64,000 nucleotides of DNA from Sedimentisphaerales bacterium (GCA_016932835.1 JAFGCD010000070.1:1248-65247), one strand, 5' to 3'. Counted from the first letter of the stretch, positions 8,750-18,243 are shown. Notes: a model not told the origin generated them from the sequence alone. Numbers and translations: made by a program.

Positions 8750-11700
8750 TCAGGTTTTCTTTTCAATTACCCGGAAGGTCTTGACAAATTTGTCCTTCAG
8801 GCTAAGTTTGGTGTTCGATATCTCAATAGTCAAGCGATAATAACCGCCTTCCGAGAGCTTTTTCGTAACAGGCCATTCGAACGAGTTGAGCCCCTTCTTC
8901 ATCTTTTCTACGGTCTGCGTGAACTTTTGGCTTTCTTTGCCTTTCGTCAACTCCATATTTACGGCGAAAGACCCGGCAAAATCATCCGTCGCGTTTACCT
9001 CGACCGCAACTTTTAAGGGTTGTCCCAGGAGAATCGCGCCTTTTTCTTCCGATTCGATAGTTATTTTTTTGATATCGATCTTCGCCGTCGTTTGGGTATT
9101 TGTCTTGGAAGTGGTATTTGTCGAGGGTTTGAGTTGAACGTTTACAGACCGCTTGACGACGTTGTTTTCCGGCTTGGGGTCGATGAAATCTTCAGGGACG
9201 GCAAATTCCCACTTTAGCGCGGATGTCCCGGTATTCGTAAGCGTGAAGCTGCGGCTTATATCAGCAGTTTTCCCAGGCTCAAGAGAGACCACTTTGGATG
9301 AGCCATAAGGCTTGTCGTCGATGTAGAACATGAGCCTGCCGCCGGTCAGGGGGGATTCGCCATGGTTTTTGATAGTAACGGTTACCGTCGTTCTCTGCCT
9401 GGCATAAACCGGTTCCGCTATATCACCGACAACCAGCGATACATCGCCTCCGGGTTTTGATTTAGTCTGCGACGGCTGCTCTTTCGTGCCGGCGGTCCGA
9501 TCCTCTATTTTTGTTTCCGCCTCTTTCTTGGCTTCTTCCGGCTGTTCCTCTTTTTCCGACGCGCCGGAGGGCAGGACCTGATACGTTATAGTTTTTATAG
9601 TTTTCGAGGATTCGTCTGCGACCTCCAGGACCAGGTCGTAAGTTCCCGGCTCGTCTATCGTAAAGGTTTTGGTGTAAACGATTTTGCGGCTATTGTAATC
9701 CTGTGTTGCTATTTGCTTTTGTTGTTTTGTTTCCTTGTTGATTGCGGTCAGAGTCACCTTTTTTATCTGCGAATCGTCGTCGGAGATTTGCGCTCTGACC
9801 TTGATAGATTTATTCACACTTTGTTTCTGCGGCGCAGGTTCGAAGCTGTTTATTGTCGGGGCGATCGGAGCGGTCGTCTTGACGCTTAAGACCGCTTTGG
9901 CAGCCAGGGGCCATCCGGCCTTAGCCTGGGCGTTCAAGGAAATCTTGTAGGTTTTGTTCGGCAACAGCCCCGTCAGTTTATGGCTTGTCTGGTTGATATT
10001 GGTAATATCGGCCGCCGCAAAAGGCGCACTGCCCGATTCGGGCGTGAGGACATATTTGGCGAAATCAGTTGCGTAAGGGAATTTGTTCCACGACAGTGTT
10101 ATGGAGTCTGCGGTTACGGCCGAAGTCTTCAATCCCCATGATGTGTCACCGAACATCGTGCAATCATACTGGCTTGTTTCTGAAAGGTTGCCCATCGGGT
10201 CTTTGCACTTGATGCGGATTTTGTACTCGCCGCCGACCAGGCTCGTATCGCTGATGCCGGTGGTATAACCCGAGGCGACGTTGCCGAGGAACAAGGAAGA
10301 ATTATATACGTACCAGGGCGTGTTTTTGATGTGGCCATCAGGGAACTTATATTCCAGAGACACGGTGGATACCTGCTCATTGGACTTGAACGATATACCT
10401 ATCGTATTACCGTTGGGCTGACTGAAACTCACATTCGAAACGGTCGGTCCCTGTGTATCGAGAGGCGGGGCCACGATGAAGTTCAGATACACGCTTTGGC
10501 GGCCCTCGGGGGCAAGTTTGACCGTTTCAGCAGCCGGGTCCGCACCGCTCAAACTCGAAGGCGGCGTCGCCGTCACACTGAGAGTCTGTTCCTGGGGGCT
10601 CGTAAAGGCAACGGCCATGGATACCTTGCCCTGTGAATTCGTTGAGGTCGCGCCCAAAATTTGCGAGCCCTTCTTAACGGTAACTATCGCTCCCGGCACC
10701 GAAGCGCCGTCCTGCTTTTTGACATAAATATCGATAATACCTTCGTTTTTTCTGAGAACGCAGTTGCTTAACGTAAATGTGCGCGTGCACCCGCAGGGTT
10801 CCACTTTTCCGACGACCTGCTCCGTCAAGTAGCCGGCCTTGGAGATTGACACGGTTACGTTGCCTGAGGGCCGAACGTCACCGAAGGCGTAATAGCCGCT
10901 CGCGTTGGTGGTGGCTGTGTGTCCGGAGAAGGAGGCACCGGCACCGCCTATCGGTCTGCCCGCGGTATCATAGACATAAGCGCCGACGTTCGGTTTGGCC
11001 AGAAGATTTATCGTAAACGGAGGCAGCTCTCCCTGGGCATTTGCAGGAACGGATAGGGAAGGCGAGGTGTAGTCCTGATAACACCCGGAGTTGAGTACTT
11101 TGAATATATACGATTTGCCCGCATCGAGCATCAAAGGCTGAGTCATGCCGTTTGTTGGGGTGACTACCGAGGCATGATAACTCGAGTCGCCGACTTTCGT
11201 TACATTGATCGTAGCATCGGCTACCGGCCGATTCTCGTGCAATACGCTGACCCTCCTTGACGGTCGAGCCGGCAGCGCCGAAGTCGTAATGTCACTTAAG
11301 TATCCGATTCGGTTTATCGGGTCCTTGGTTGGATTGTTATCCTGGTACGTCCATGATACGACGTTGTAATAATATTTCGTTCCCGGGTCGAGATTATTTA
11401 CTTTGATAGAATGGCCGGTTACAAGCTCGGCAAGGCCTCCCTGCGTGACCCAGCCCTGAGTGACCTGGCCGTTCTCTTTTTTCACACAGGCGATATAATT
11501 GGCGGATAAGTCCGGAGACGGAGAAACCAGCACCATCGTCGAGGCCCTCTCGTTGGTCACCCATGAAAAATCGAGGTATGTCTGACCTGCCGAGGCGGTC
11601 GGATCCGTTGAAAACGTCAGGGAATTGCACGTGGTTTTCTGCTCTCTGGGGCTGCAGTTTTCCTTGGTGGTCGTAGTGACGGAGCCGCCGTCTATTGTCT

Positions 11701-13135
11701 GCCCGGACTCCGTCGCCCCGCTGAGTTCGAACCGGTATGTTGTTTGTTTGGAAAGCCCGGTGATGATGTTGTTGTGAGTCGGGCGGAAGGTGTTTTCCGT
11801 AACGGTCTTGACGAGACTATTGCCCTGATAGACTTTTATAGTTCCCTTAAGAGGGACTATGGGGCTGGTCCAGTTTATTTGCGCGGACGTGCAGCCCGGC
11901 TGTGCACGCAGACTCTGGATGGGTTCGTTCGACGGAACAAGAGGAATCTCGCCCTTGAATTCGCTTTCATTGTACTGTCCTCTGGCGGTCGCTAACGTGA
12001 CATATTTTTCATAGGTATCGATCGGCAGCGACGGAAAGAGGGATATATTCACTATAGGCTTGAGACATTGCTTCAGTTTGAACCTGTAAGAAATTTCGTC
12101 CGCTACGATCACCAATTTGTCACCCGACTTAACGAAAGGGGTGATATCACGAAAGGTAACGGTTTGCTCCTGGCCCGAAGAGGTAAATGTAAGAGGATAT
12201 GTTCCGCTTCCTTTACCGTTCGGGATATACATCCGCAAAAGGACGTTCAACTCGACGCCTTCGACCTTGAAATAGGGGTCCCCGATGACGGTTATATTGG
12301 CCAGGTCGGTGAATTTTCCGGCGGCGCTAATGCACTTATCGGTCAGGAACTCGGTCGCGCCGGCCTCGTCAAGGTTCTTTGCCGCCCGGATAACGAGCAG
12401 GAGCTTGCCCATTCTGGCCGAACCGAGTTTGCTGCTGATGCCGTTATAAAACTTGATCCCCAGGTCCTGGGTAAGTTGTTCTTTCTGGCTGTCCGAGAGG
12501 AAATCCGTCAGCTTAAGGTCAAGCAGCGTGCGGGTGTCGTGATAAGCGGCTTCACCGGGCAGGGGCAGTGCGCTTTTTGTATTCATGTTTACGCCGAGAT
12601 TTTCAATGGCGCTGCAGACCACCGTAACTTTATTCGACAGCGCATCGGGCAGTCCCGGTATGTTGCCCAATATTCCGCAGAGGTCCCATGGAAGGGTGTA
12701 CCAGGGCAGGAAATCCGGGACACCTGTTATACCAATAAATCCGACCTGGAATTCGTTGGGCAGATGCAGGCCGAACGCGCTTTCAAATGTATTATAGCCG
12801 GCCCCCAAAAGCTCGGCCTTGACCTTCACCGGCAGGTCTTTGCCGGACTGCGCGTTCGTCGTGTCATACGTAAAGGTAAGCTTTACGGGGCATTTGACGG
12901 CGATCGTCCCCGTCGAGAAGCGAAACCCGATTCTATAACGGGTTAGCTGTTGCGCACCGATTGGAAGCCAGGGCGTCCAGTAAGTTTCCGGCACATCGTT
13001 GCCCTGATAGCTCCACTGGACCGACTGGTATAAGTGATTGAAGCTGGTTTGCGCGGCCTGGCAATGCGGCGCGCCGATATAACATATACCCCCGATAAGG
13101 ACACACGCCAGCAGACAGTTTTCCACCTTTTTCAT
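8750..13135 (-). CDS. 1461-aa secreted multidomain surface protein: unknown N-terminal region, FN3-like, carboxypeptidase-regulatory-like and CARDB-like modules
   Basis: Signal peptide MKKVENCLLACVLIGGICYIGAPHCQAAQ. FN3-like segments (SAQINWTSP...TYRFELSG; ITLSWNKFPYATDFAKYVL...TYKISLNA). CarboxypepD_reg-like segments (GAYVYDTAGRPIGGAGASFSGHTATTNASGYYAF; IDIYVKKQDGASVPGAIVTVKKG). A CARDB-like segment (RTTVTVTIKNHGESPLTGGRLMFYIDDKPYGSSKVVSLEPGKTA). A Lys/Glu-rich linker is also present. Confidence 0.85.
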   Translation of the reverse strand: MKKVENCLLACVLIGGICYIGAPHCQAAQTSFNHLYQSVQWSYQGNDVPETYWTPWLPIGAQQLTRYRIGFRFSTGTIAVKCPVKLTFTYDTTNAQSGKDLPVKVKAELLGAGYNTFESAFGLHLPNEFQVGFIGITGVPDFLPWYTLPWDLCGILGNIPGLPDALSNKVTVVCSAIENLGVNMNTKSALPLPGEAAYHDTRTLLDLKLTDFLSDSQKEQLTQDLGIKFYNGISSKLGSARMGKLLLVIRAAKNLDEAGATEFLTDKCISAAGKFTDLANITVIGDPYFKVEGVELNVLLRMYIPNGKGSGTYPLTFTSSGQEQTVTFRDITPFVKSGDKLVIVADEISYRFKLKQCLKPIVNISLFPSLPIDTYEKYVTLATARGQYNESEFKGEIPLVPSNEPIQSLRAQPGCTSAQINWTSPIVPLKGTIKVYQGNSLVKTVTENTFRPTHNNIITGLSKQTTYRFELSGATESGQTIDGGSVTTTTKENCSPREQKTTCNSLTFSTDPTASAGQTYLDFSWVTNERASTMVLVSPSPDLSANYIACVKKENGQVTQGWVTQGGLAELVTGHSIKVNNLDPGTKYYYNVVSWTYQDNNPTKDPINRIGYLSDITTSALPARPSRRVSVLHENRPVADATINVTKVGDSSYHASVVTPTNGMTQPLMLDAGKSYIFKVLNSGCYQDYTSPSLSVPANAQGELPPFTINLLAKPNVGAYVYDTAGRPIGGAGASFSGHTATTNASGYYAFGDVRPSGNVTVSISKAGYLTEQVVGKVEPCGCTRTFTLSNCVLRKNEGIIDIYVKKQDGASVPGAIVTVKKGSQILGATSTNSQGKVSMAVAFTSPQEQTLSVTATPPSSLSGADPAAETVKLAPEGRQSVYLNFIVAPPLDTQGPTVSNVSFSQPNGNTIGISFKSNEQVSTVSLEYKFPDGHIKNTPWYVYNSSLFLGNVASGYTTGISDTSLVGGEYKIRIKCKDPMGNLSETSQYDCTMFGDTSWGLKTSAVTADSITLSWNKFPYATDFAKYVLTPESGSAPFAAADITNINQTSHKLTGLLPNKTYKISLNAQAKAGWPLAAKAVLSVKTTAPIAPTINSFEPAPQKQSVNKSIKVRAQISDDDSQIKKVTLTAINKETKQQKQIATQDYNSRKIVYTKTFTIDEPGTYDLVLEVADESSKTIKTITYQVLPSGASEKEEQPEEAKKEAETKIEDRTAGTKEQPSQTKSKPGGDVSLVVGDIAEPVYARQRTTVTVTIKNHGESPLTGGRLMFYIDDKPYGSSKVVSLEPGKTADISRSFTLTNTGTSALKWEFAVPEDFIDPKPENNVVKRSVNVQLKPSTNTTSKTNTQTTAKIDIKKITIESEEKGAILLGQPLKVAVEVNATDDFAGSFAVNMELTKGKESQKFTQTVEKMKKGLNSFEWPVTKKLSEGGYYRLTIEISNTKLSLKDKFVKTFRVIEKKT

Positions 13136-13267
13136 TTGATTGTTCCTTTACTACATAGTCCGGTCATATTTTGAATCGAATTCGTACGATATGATTTCAA
13201 ATCGCTTTTTCCCTGCATCAGCGCTATACATCGTCAGGGAAAAGGAGGCAAAAAGGTTTACGGCTCA

Positions 13268-13285
13268 GGAGTCGAAATCGACTCC
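13268..13285. repeat. Perfect 18-bp palindrome GGAGTCGAAATCGACTCC
   Basis: Read directly. It lies 133 nt upstream of the start of the 1461-aa gene and 187 nt downstream of the oxidoreductase stop. Confidence 0.6.
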
Positions 13286-13472
13286 GCCGGTAATTGTTAG
13301 ATTACACTACTGTCTTTCAAGCATGGTTTTTTGCTTCAGCACCATACGCCTTTGGTAAAATGTTGCCACAACGGCCATAGTATATATCGTCACATTGCCT
13401 ATCGTTTCATGATACCGGCGGCCATTGCGCCAGGTTATGAACCGGGGGGCAGGGGGGGTATTGTCGGTATTC

Positions 13473-14927
13473 TCATATACAGTATGGCGATCTTGTGGCT
13501 CTTTGGGCGAGTCTGTTTGCCTGGTCGTCGCCGATAAATTTCTCTGTTTTCGGGTTCCATTTTAGGGATCGGCCGAGCTTGTAGGCGATTATTGTGAGGT
13601 GGCCGAGGGAGGCTGCACGGTGGCCTATTTCCGCGGGGGTGTTCGTTGTTCTTCTGGTTCGGACGCAGTCGAAGAAATTTTCGTGGTGGTTGTTTGCTCC
13701 GATATTGACGTCCCTTGTGGGCAGGTTCATTTCCTTGAAGATTTCTTCGGGCCCTCCCTGGATCGGTCCTCCTGTTGACATCGAGGTGAGCCAGCCCCTT
13801 TCGCCGACGAATACTCCGCCGAAATTTCCTGCGAGATTGGCGTTCTGCGGCACGGCCTTGTAGAGGTCTTTAATCATTGGCCAATGCTCGACGAGGTGGA
13901 GGAGGGTTCCGTTTTCGTATTTGCAGGTGAGGGTTGGGTATGGTCCGTCTGCGGGGTGTATGATTTCCACGGGCCCGGAGTTTTCCATTCCGATGGCGTA
14001 TTGGATGACGTCTGCGCTGTGTGAGTGGTGCCAGGTTGAGGAGGCGACTCCGAAATCTTCGTCGAAGCACCAGGGGACGACTCCTGGGGCGGGGTTGATG
14101 TGGTATGCGGGGTTGTATGGATGCCAGAGAGCGGGTCCGACCCAGAGTTCCCAGTCGAGGCCGTCTGGGACGGGCTGGGGGGAGAGTGCGAAATCGAGGG
14201 GAATGAAGGAGCTGCGGGTGTGTTCGGTGTCGAGGATTTGGCGGCAGGATTCGAATCTGGGGGCTCCGAAGAAGCCGCCGAGGCGTGTCCAGAGGGTGAA
14301 TGCCTGCTTTACCTTTCCGAGTCCTCCTTCGCGGACGAAGTTAACGACGTTTCGGATTGTGGGTATCGAACGATATTGGGTTCCGGTCTGGAAGACTCTG
14401 CCGAGTCTTTGGATGGTCTCGACGAGTTTTCTGCCCTGGTCGATAGTAACTGAGATTGGTTTTTCGCAATAGACATCCTTTCCGGCTCTTGCGGCGTCAA
14501 TCGAGATTGGGGTGTGCCAGTGGTCGGGTGTTGCGATGAGGACGGCATCGAGATCATCTCTGGCGATTAGTTCTCGGTAGTCGTTGCAGGCTTGGCAGGC
14601 GGCGGTGTATTCTTTGCCTGCGGCGCGGGCGGCGTATGTCTGGTCTGCGTGGGCCTTGCCTGCGTCGCGTCTGGTTCGGTCAACGTCGCAGACGGCGAGG
14701 AGTTGGATTGCGGCGTCGCCGGCGAGCCTGCGGAGGTGTCCCCGGCCCATTATTCCATTGCCTATGAGGGCCATTGTGATTCGATTGCTTGGCGGGGTGA
14801 GGCCTGCGGCTCCCAATGCGGAGGCCGGGATTATTGCGGGCATGGCCGGGGCGGCGGTTAGGGCGGCGGTGCGTGCGAGGAAGCTGCGTCTTGAGATTGC
14901 GGTCTTTTTCTTTGTTGCTGAGTTCAT
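13473..14927 (-). CDS. TAT-exported Gfo/Idh/MocA family oxidoreductase (GFOR-like)
   Basis: Twin-arginine signal (KKKTAISRRSFLARTAALTAAPAMPA), a Rossmann motif (MALIGNGIMGRGH), and the CEKP motif typical of the family. The ATG at 14927 has GAGGA upstream and lies 2 nt after the upstream gene's TAA. The ORF-track start at 14981 would overlap that gene. Confidence 0.9.
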   Translation of the reverse strand: MNSATKKKTAISRRSFLARTAALTAAPAMPAIIPASALGAAGLTPPSNRITMALIGNGIMGRGHLRRLAGDAAIQLLAVCDVDRTRRDAGKAHADQTYAARAAGKEYTAACQACNDYRELIARDDLDAVLIATPDHWHTPISIDAARAGKDVYCEKPISVTIDQGRKLVETIQRLGRVFQTGTQYRSIPTIRNVVNFVREGGLGKVKQAFTLWTRLGGFFGAPRFESCRQILDTEHTRSSFIPLDFALSPQPVPDGLDWELWVGPALWHPYNPAYHINPAPGVVPWCFDEDFGVASSTWHHSHSADVIQYAIGMENSGPVEIIHPADGPYPTLTCKYENGTLLHLVEHWPMIKDLYKAVPQNANLAGNFGGVFVGERGWLTSMSTGGPIQGGPEEIFKEMNLPTRDVNIGANNHHENFFDCVRTRRTTNTPAEIGHRAASLGHLTIIAYKLGRSLKWNPKTEKFIGDDQANRLAQRATRSPYCI

Positions 14928-14929
14928 GG

Positions 14930-16654
14930 TTATCCTCTGGTTGCGAGCTTTATTGAAATTCGGTCGAAGAAGTCGATACATTTCTTTATGTCGGGAACGG
15001 AATCGAACCAGTTGTATGAGTATTCGAGGCCGAACATTGTGGGGGCGATGCCGAGGCGGCGGATTTCAGTGACGACTTTTTCGGTTTCAGCGGCTCCGGT
15101 ACCCCAGGGGACATCATGGGCGTTTGGAGTTCGGTCGCTTAAGTCGTGCATTTGGATTGTAATGAGTCGTTTTCCGAGGGTTTTTATTGCCTTGATCGGG
15201 TCTATGCCCGCCCTGATCCAGTATCCGAGGTCTGCGCATGCCCCGATTCTGCTACTTCTGCCTTTGCAGACTTCGAGGATGCCTTCGGGACGCCAGTAGA
15301 TGGGGGATGCTTTCTGGTCGTGGTTGTGTATTGCGAGGTTGATGTCGTATTGGTCGCAGAATTTTTCTATGGTGTCGAGATCTCGTGGGAGGGGTTCGGA
15401 CATTATTGTCTCGATACCAATCTTCCTTGCGAAGTCGAAGATTCTTTTACAGCCTTCGTGGTCGCCGGGGACCTGGTGGTAGTAGTATGTGAGGAGGCGG
15501 ATGCCCGCATCGTCGAGCTTGAACCGGATTCTCCTGAGTTCGTCTTCTGTGAGTCCCGGCTCGAAGTTTTTTGGTATGTCGGCGGCGACTTTCTGGAAGC
15601 TGAGGCCGCCCATGTACGGCAGGGAGAGGGCTGCGGTTTTTTCTATCGCTTCGAAGAATGTGTATTTGTGGAAGGTGTATGCTTCGATACCGAGTTTCCA
15701 GCCGAGGTTTTCGCGGGCGGTGATTGCGGGGGTGAGTTTTGCGGAAGGGATTGTGGGGGCGGGGAGGTCGCCGAGGACGAATTGAACTGCGGCGAGGTAA
15801 AACTTGAGCATCATAGGGTCATAAAAGACGGATGGATTATGGGCGATTGTGGAGTGGAAGACTCTTCCCCTGCCGTAGTTTCGGATCCATGCGAGGGCGT
15901 AGTCGTTGTCGGGTCTGGTGACGTTGCCTCTGGGTTGGCCCTGGGTTTTTGTTTTCTCGGTGTCGATGCTGAGCAGAACGCGGAGCTTGTTTCTTGAATA
16001 GACTTCGTGATATCTGAAGAATTCGTCGCGATATTCGAAACCGGCTGAGGGAAGCGGTCGAGTGACGGGGCTGTCGGGGTCGTCGAGCTTTATGAAGACG
16101 TGTTCATCGGGGTCGAGGTGGTTCGCCCCTCTTGCGCCGATGATTCTTGCGAACTCGGGCCAGTCCTCGATTGCTCCGGGCCATTTAGTGAATGCTACGG
16201 TTGTTCCGTGTACTCCCATGAGTCCGCCTCCTGCATAGACGAATTCGACGAGGCTTCTTCTTAGTTCGGGGTCGGTGAAGAGGTTGCCGACGTTGTTGTT
16301 GAAGAAAACTGCGTCGAATGTTTTGAGGGGGTCGGGCGAGAAGACGTTGGGGTCGCTGCTGACGACGGTATCGAAGGCTCCGGTTTTTTCACCCATGAGC
16401 TTGAAGGCGTAGTTTGCTGTGGGGATCGAAGCGTGCCCGCCGTAGCCAACGTTGAGGTCGAAGATGAGGAGCCTTCGCTTTTTTTGCGGCGTTGCGAACG
16501 ATTTTTCAGGGATTGCGGCGGCGACTTTTGCTTTTTCGTCGTCGCTGATTTGTCGCGGGTATGCCGGGCGGAGCAAGAGGTGCGAGGCTGCGATGGCGCC
16601 TGCGGATGCGGCGAGGAAGCGTCGGCGTGTTATGTTATTCAGGTCTTTATGCAT
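14930..16654 (-). CDS. TAT-exported fusion protein: ThuA-like domain plus xylose-isomerase-like TIM barrel (sugar phosphate isomerase/epimerase family)
   Basis: I chose the ATG at 16654 (MHKDLNNITRRRFLAASAGAIAASHLL, a TAT signal), 5 nt after the GH28 stop. ThuA-like block: RLLIFDLNVGYGGHASIPTANYAF...FDAVFFNNNVGNLF...VYAGGGLMGVHG. TIM-barrel block: LGIEAYTF...INLAIHNHDQ...ITIQMHD...MFGLEYSYNW. The Arg/Pro-rich 76-aa extension in the ORF track is antisense-type noise. Confidence 0.8.
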   Translation of the reverse strand: MHKDLNNITRRRFLAASAGAIAASHLLLRPAYPRQISDDEKAKVAAAIPEKSFATPQKKRRLLIFDLNVGYGGHASIPTANYAFKLMGEKTGAFDTVVSSDPNVFSPDPLKTFDAVFFNNNVGNLFTDPELRRSLVEFVYAGGGLMGVHGTTVAFTKWPGAIEDWPEFARIIGARGANHLDPDEHVFIKLDDPDSPVTRPLPSAGFEYRDEFFRYHEVYSRNKLRVLLSIDTEKTKTQGQPRGNVTRPDNDYALAWIRNYGRGRVFHSTIAHNPSVFYDPMMLKFYLAAVQFVLGDLPAPTIPSAKLTPAITARENLGWKLGIEAYTFHKYTFFEAIEKTAALSLPYMGGLSFQKVAADIPKNFEPGLTEDELRRIRFKLDDAGIRLLTYYYHQVPGDHEGCKRIFDFARKIGIETIMSEPLPRDLDTIEKFCDQYDINLAIHNHDQKASPIYWRPEGILEVCKGRSSRIGACADLGYWIRAGIDPIKAIKTLGKRLITIQMHDLSDRTPNAHDVPWGTGAAETEKVVTEIRRLGIAPTMFGLEYSYNWFDSVPDIKKCIDFFDRISIKLATRG

Positions 16655-16659
16655 GGGGG

Positions 16660-18063
16660 CTATTCCTTTGTTTGCTTCTTTGTGTTCCATGTGCGGAGGT
16701 GCTTTACATTGGTCATTACGAGCGGTTCGGGCGCATCCGGCGGCTGCTGATAATCGAAGTCTCGGAGGGTCAGGGTCTCGATGCGGTCGGCGATGAGTAC
16801 GGGGCGGAAGTCGTCTTGTTCGTATCGGAGGCGAACGTTGTCGAATTGGAGTTGGTCGATGTTTCTTGCGAAGAACCCCCATGCGGGCAAGGTCCTTGCA
16901 TCGACTCCGGGGGCGTTTATTTTTTCGTCGGTCTTCTTGGGTTTTACGCCTCCTTCGTAGGTTATGGTGACATCTCTGAAGACGACGTTCTTGAAGGGCT
17001 GCTGGGCCCAGCTTTCGACGGAAGCTGCGGCGCGATATACGCCGGTTGCGGTTACTCGATCAACGAGGATTGTTCCTGCGGTGTTGCCTGGTTTCAGCGA
17101 GAAGTGGAATGGGGCGGCGACTTTGTGCATTGTAATGTCGCTGATGAGTACGTCGTCGAGGTTTCCTTTGGTAGCATCCCATGCTCCGGGCTGGAGGTTG
17201 ATTCCGGCGAGCATGTTGTGGCGATTGGATGTTCGGTGGGGCCTTCGGCCTGGGCCGAAGAAGAGGCAGTCGTGTATTATCAGATGCTTTGCAGGGCCGA
17301 TGAGGCGGATTCCGTTGCATGATGAGTTTACGATGCAATCTGCGATGAGGGTGTTGAGCCAGTATCTACCTGCGATGGAATCGTCTCCGGTGTAGAATTC
17401 GCAGGCGGTTATTGTTACGTTTTTGCAGTCGCGGTCGGGGGCGCCCCTGAAGTGGACACCGTCCCAGCCTCCGACGAAGCGAGCGTTTCTTATGTCAACG
17501 TTGTCACTGACCATGAAGAAGATTGCGTAGTTTGCGGCATCGAGGAAGAGGACGTCGCGGACGGTAACGTTTTTGGAGTTTACAAAGACGAAGGTGTGGG
17601 GGCCTCGCATTTTCTCTTCGCCAGTGGGGTCGAAAACCTTGTTGCCGTCGATAGTACCCTGCCCGGCGACAGCGATGTTTTCGGCGTTCTCTGCGAGGAT
17701 TAGGGCCCTGTGCCATTTTCCCCATTTTGCTTCGGGCATCGAGGCGGGCGGGATGGGGTGGCGATATTCGTTGAGGTCTTTTGTTCCAATGAGTGTTGCG
17801 CCGGCTTCGATAAATAGTGTGACGTTGCTTTTGAGGCAGACAGTTCCGGAGAGGTATTTTCCGGGAGGCAGGATGACTCGTCCTCCGCCGACGGCGGCGC
17901 ATTGGTCTATGGCTTTCTGGATTGCGGAGGTGTCGAGAGTATTGCCGTCGGCGACGGCGTGGTAATCTCGAACGTTAAAATCATCTGCGGCGTTGGAAAC
18001 GCCAGAGCCTATCGAGAGTATCGCAACAATGACGAGTGAGAGTATTCCAACTCGATTCTTCAT
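16660..18063 (-). CDS. Secreted glycoside hydrolase family 28 (polygalacturonase/rhamnogalacturonase-like)
   Basis: Signal peptide MKNRVGILSLVIVAILSIGSGVSNA. GH28-type N-terminus: FNVRDYHAVADGNTLDTSAIQKAIDQCAAVGGGRVILPPGKYLSGTV. Beta-helix motifs GGWDGVHF, YTGDDSIAGR and CNGIRLIG. AAGGAG lies 8 nt upstream of the ATG at 18063. Confidence 0.85.
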   Translation of the reverse strand: MKNRVGILSLVIVAILSIGSGVSNAADDFNVRDYHAVADGNTLDTSAIQKAIDQCAAVGGGRVILPPGKYLSGTVCLKSNVTLFIEAGATLIGTKDLNEYRHPIPPASMPEAKWGKWHRALILAENAENIAVAGQGTIDGNKVFDPTGEEKMRGPHTFVFVNSKNVTVRDVLFLDAANYAIFFMVSDNVDIRNARFVGGWDGVHFRGAPDRDCKNVTITACEFYTGDDSIAGRYWLNTLIADCIVNSSCNGIRLIGPAKHLIIHDCLFFGPGRRPHRTSNRHNMLAGINLQPGAWDATKGNLDDVLISDITMHKVAAPFHFSLKPGNTAGTILVDRVTATGVYRAAASVESWAQQPFKNVVFRDVTITYEGGVKPKKTDEKINAPGVDARTLPAWGFFARNIDQLQFDNVRLRYEQDDFRPVLIADRIETLTLRDFDYQQPPDAPEPLVMTNVKHLRTWNTKKQTKE

Positions 18064-18134
18064 AATCGAAAGCTCCTTGGTGATTATCATTTCATCGCTG
18101 GGTTTTGCGGTTCAGGATATTCGAGACATTATAC

Positions 18135-18195
18135 CTGATTGGCGGAGCAAGTATAAAGGGGCAAGCGAAAAATATAGAAGGAAGCTGATTGGCGG
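18135..18195. repeat. 11-bp direct repeat CTGATTGGCGG x2 (18135-18145 and 18185-18195)
   Basis: Read directly in the 180-nt gap upstream of the GH28 gene. The two copies are spaced 50 bp start to start. Confidence 0.6.
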
Positions 18196-18243
18196 CTCGC
18201 CGAACAATGGATGACAGTTTTCAATGCTGATTTTGACAGATGG

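Noticed and set aside
16655-16882. N-terminal extension of the ThuA::TIM ORF given by the ORF track. Similar upstream extensions appear at 14928-14981, 5783-5896, 40708-40788, 49765-50031, 19593-19760 and 1042-1083.
   Set aside because: The extensions overlap the preceding gene or are Arg/Pro-rich junk. Internal ATGs with Shine-Dalgarno sequences give proper signal or TAT peptides.
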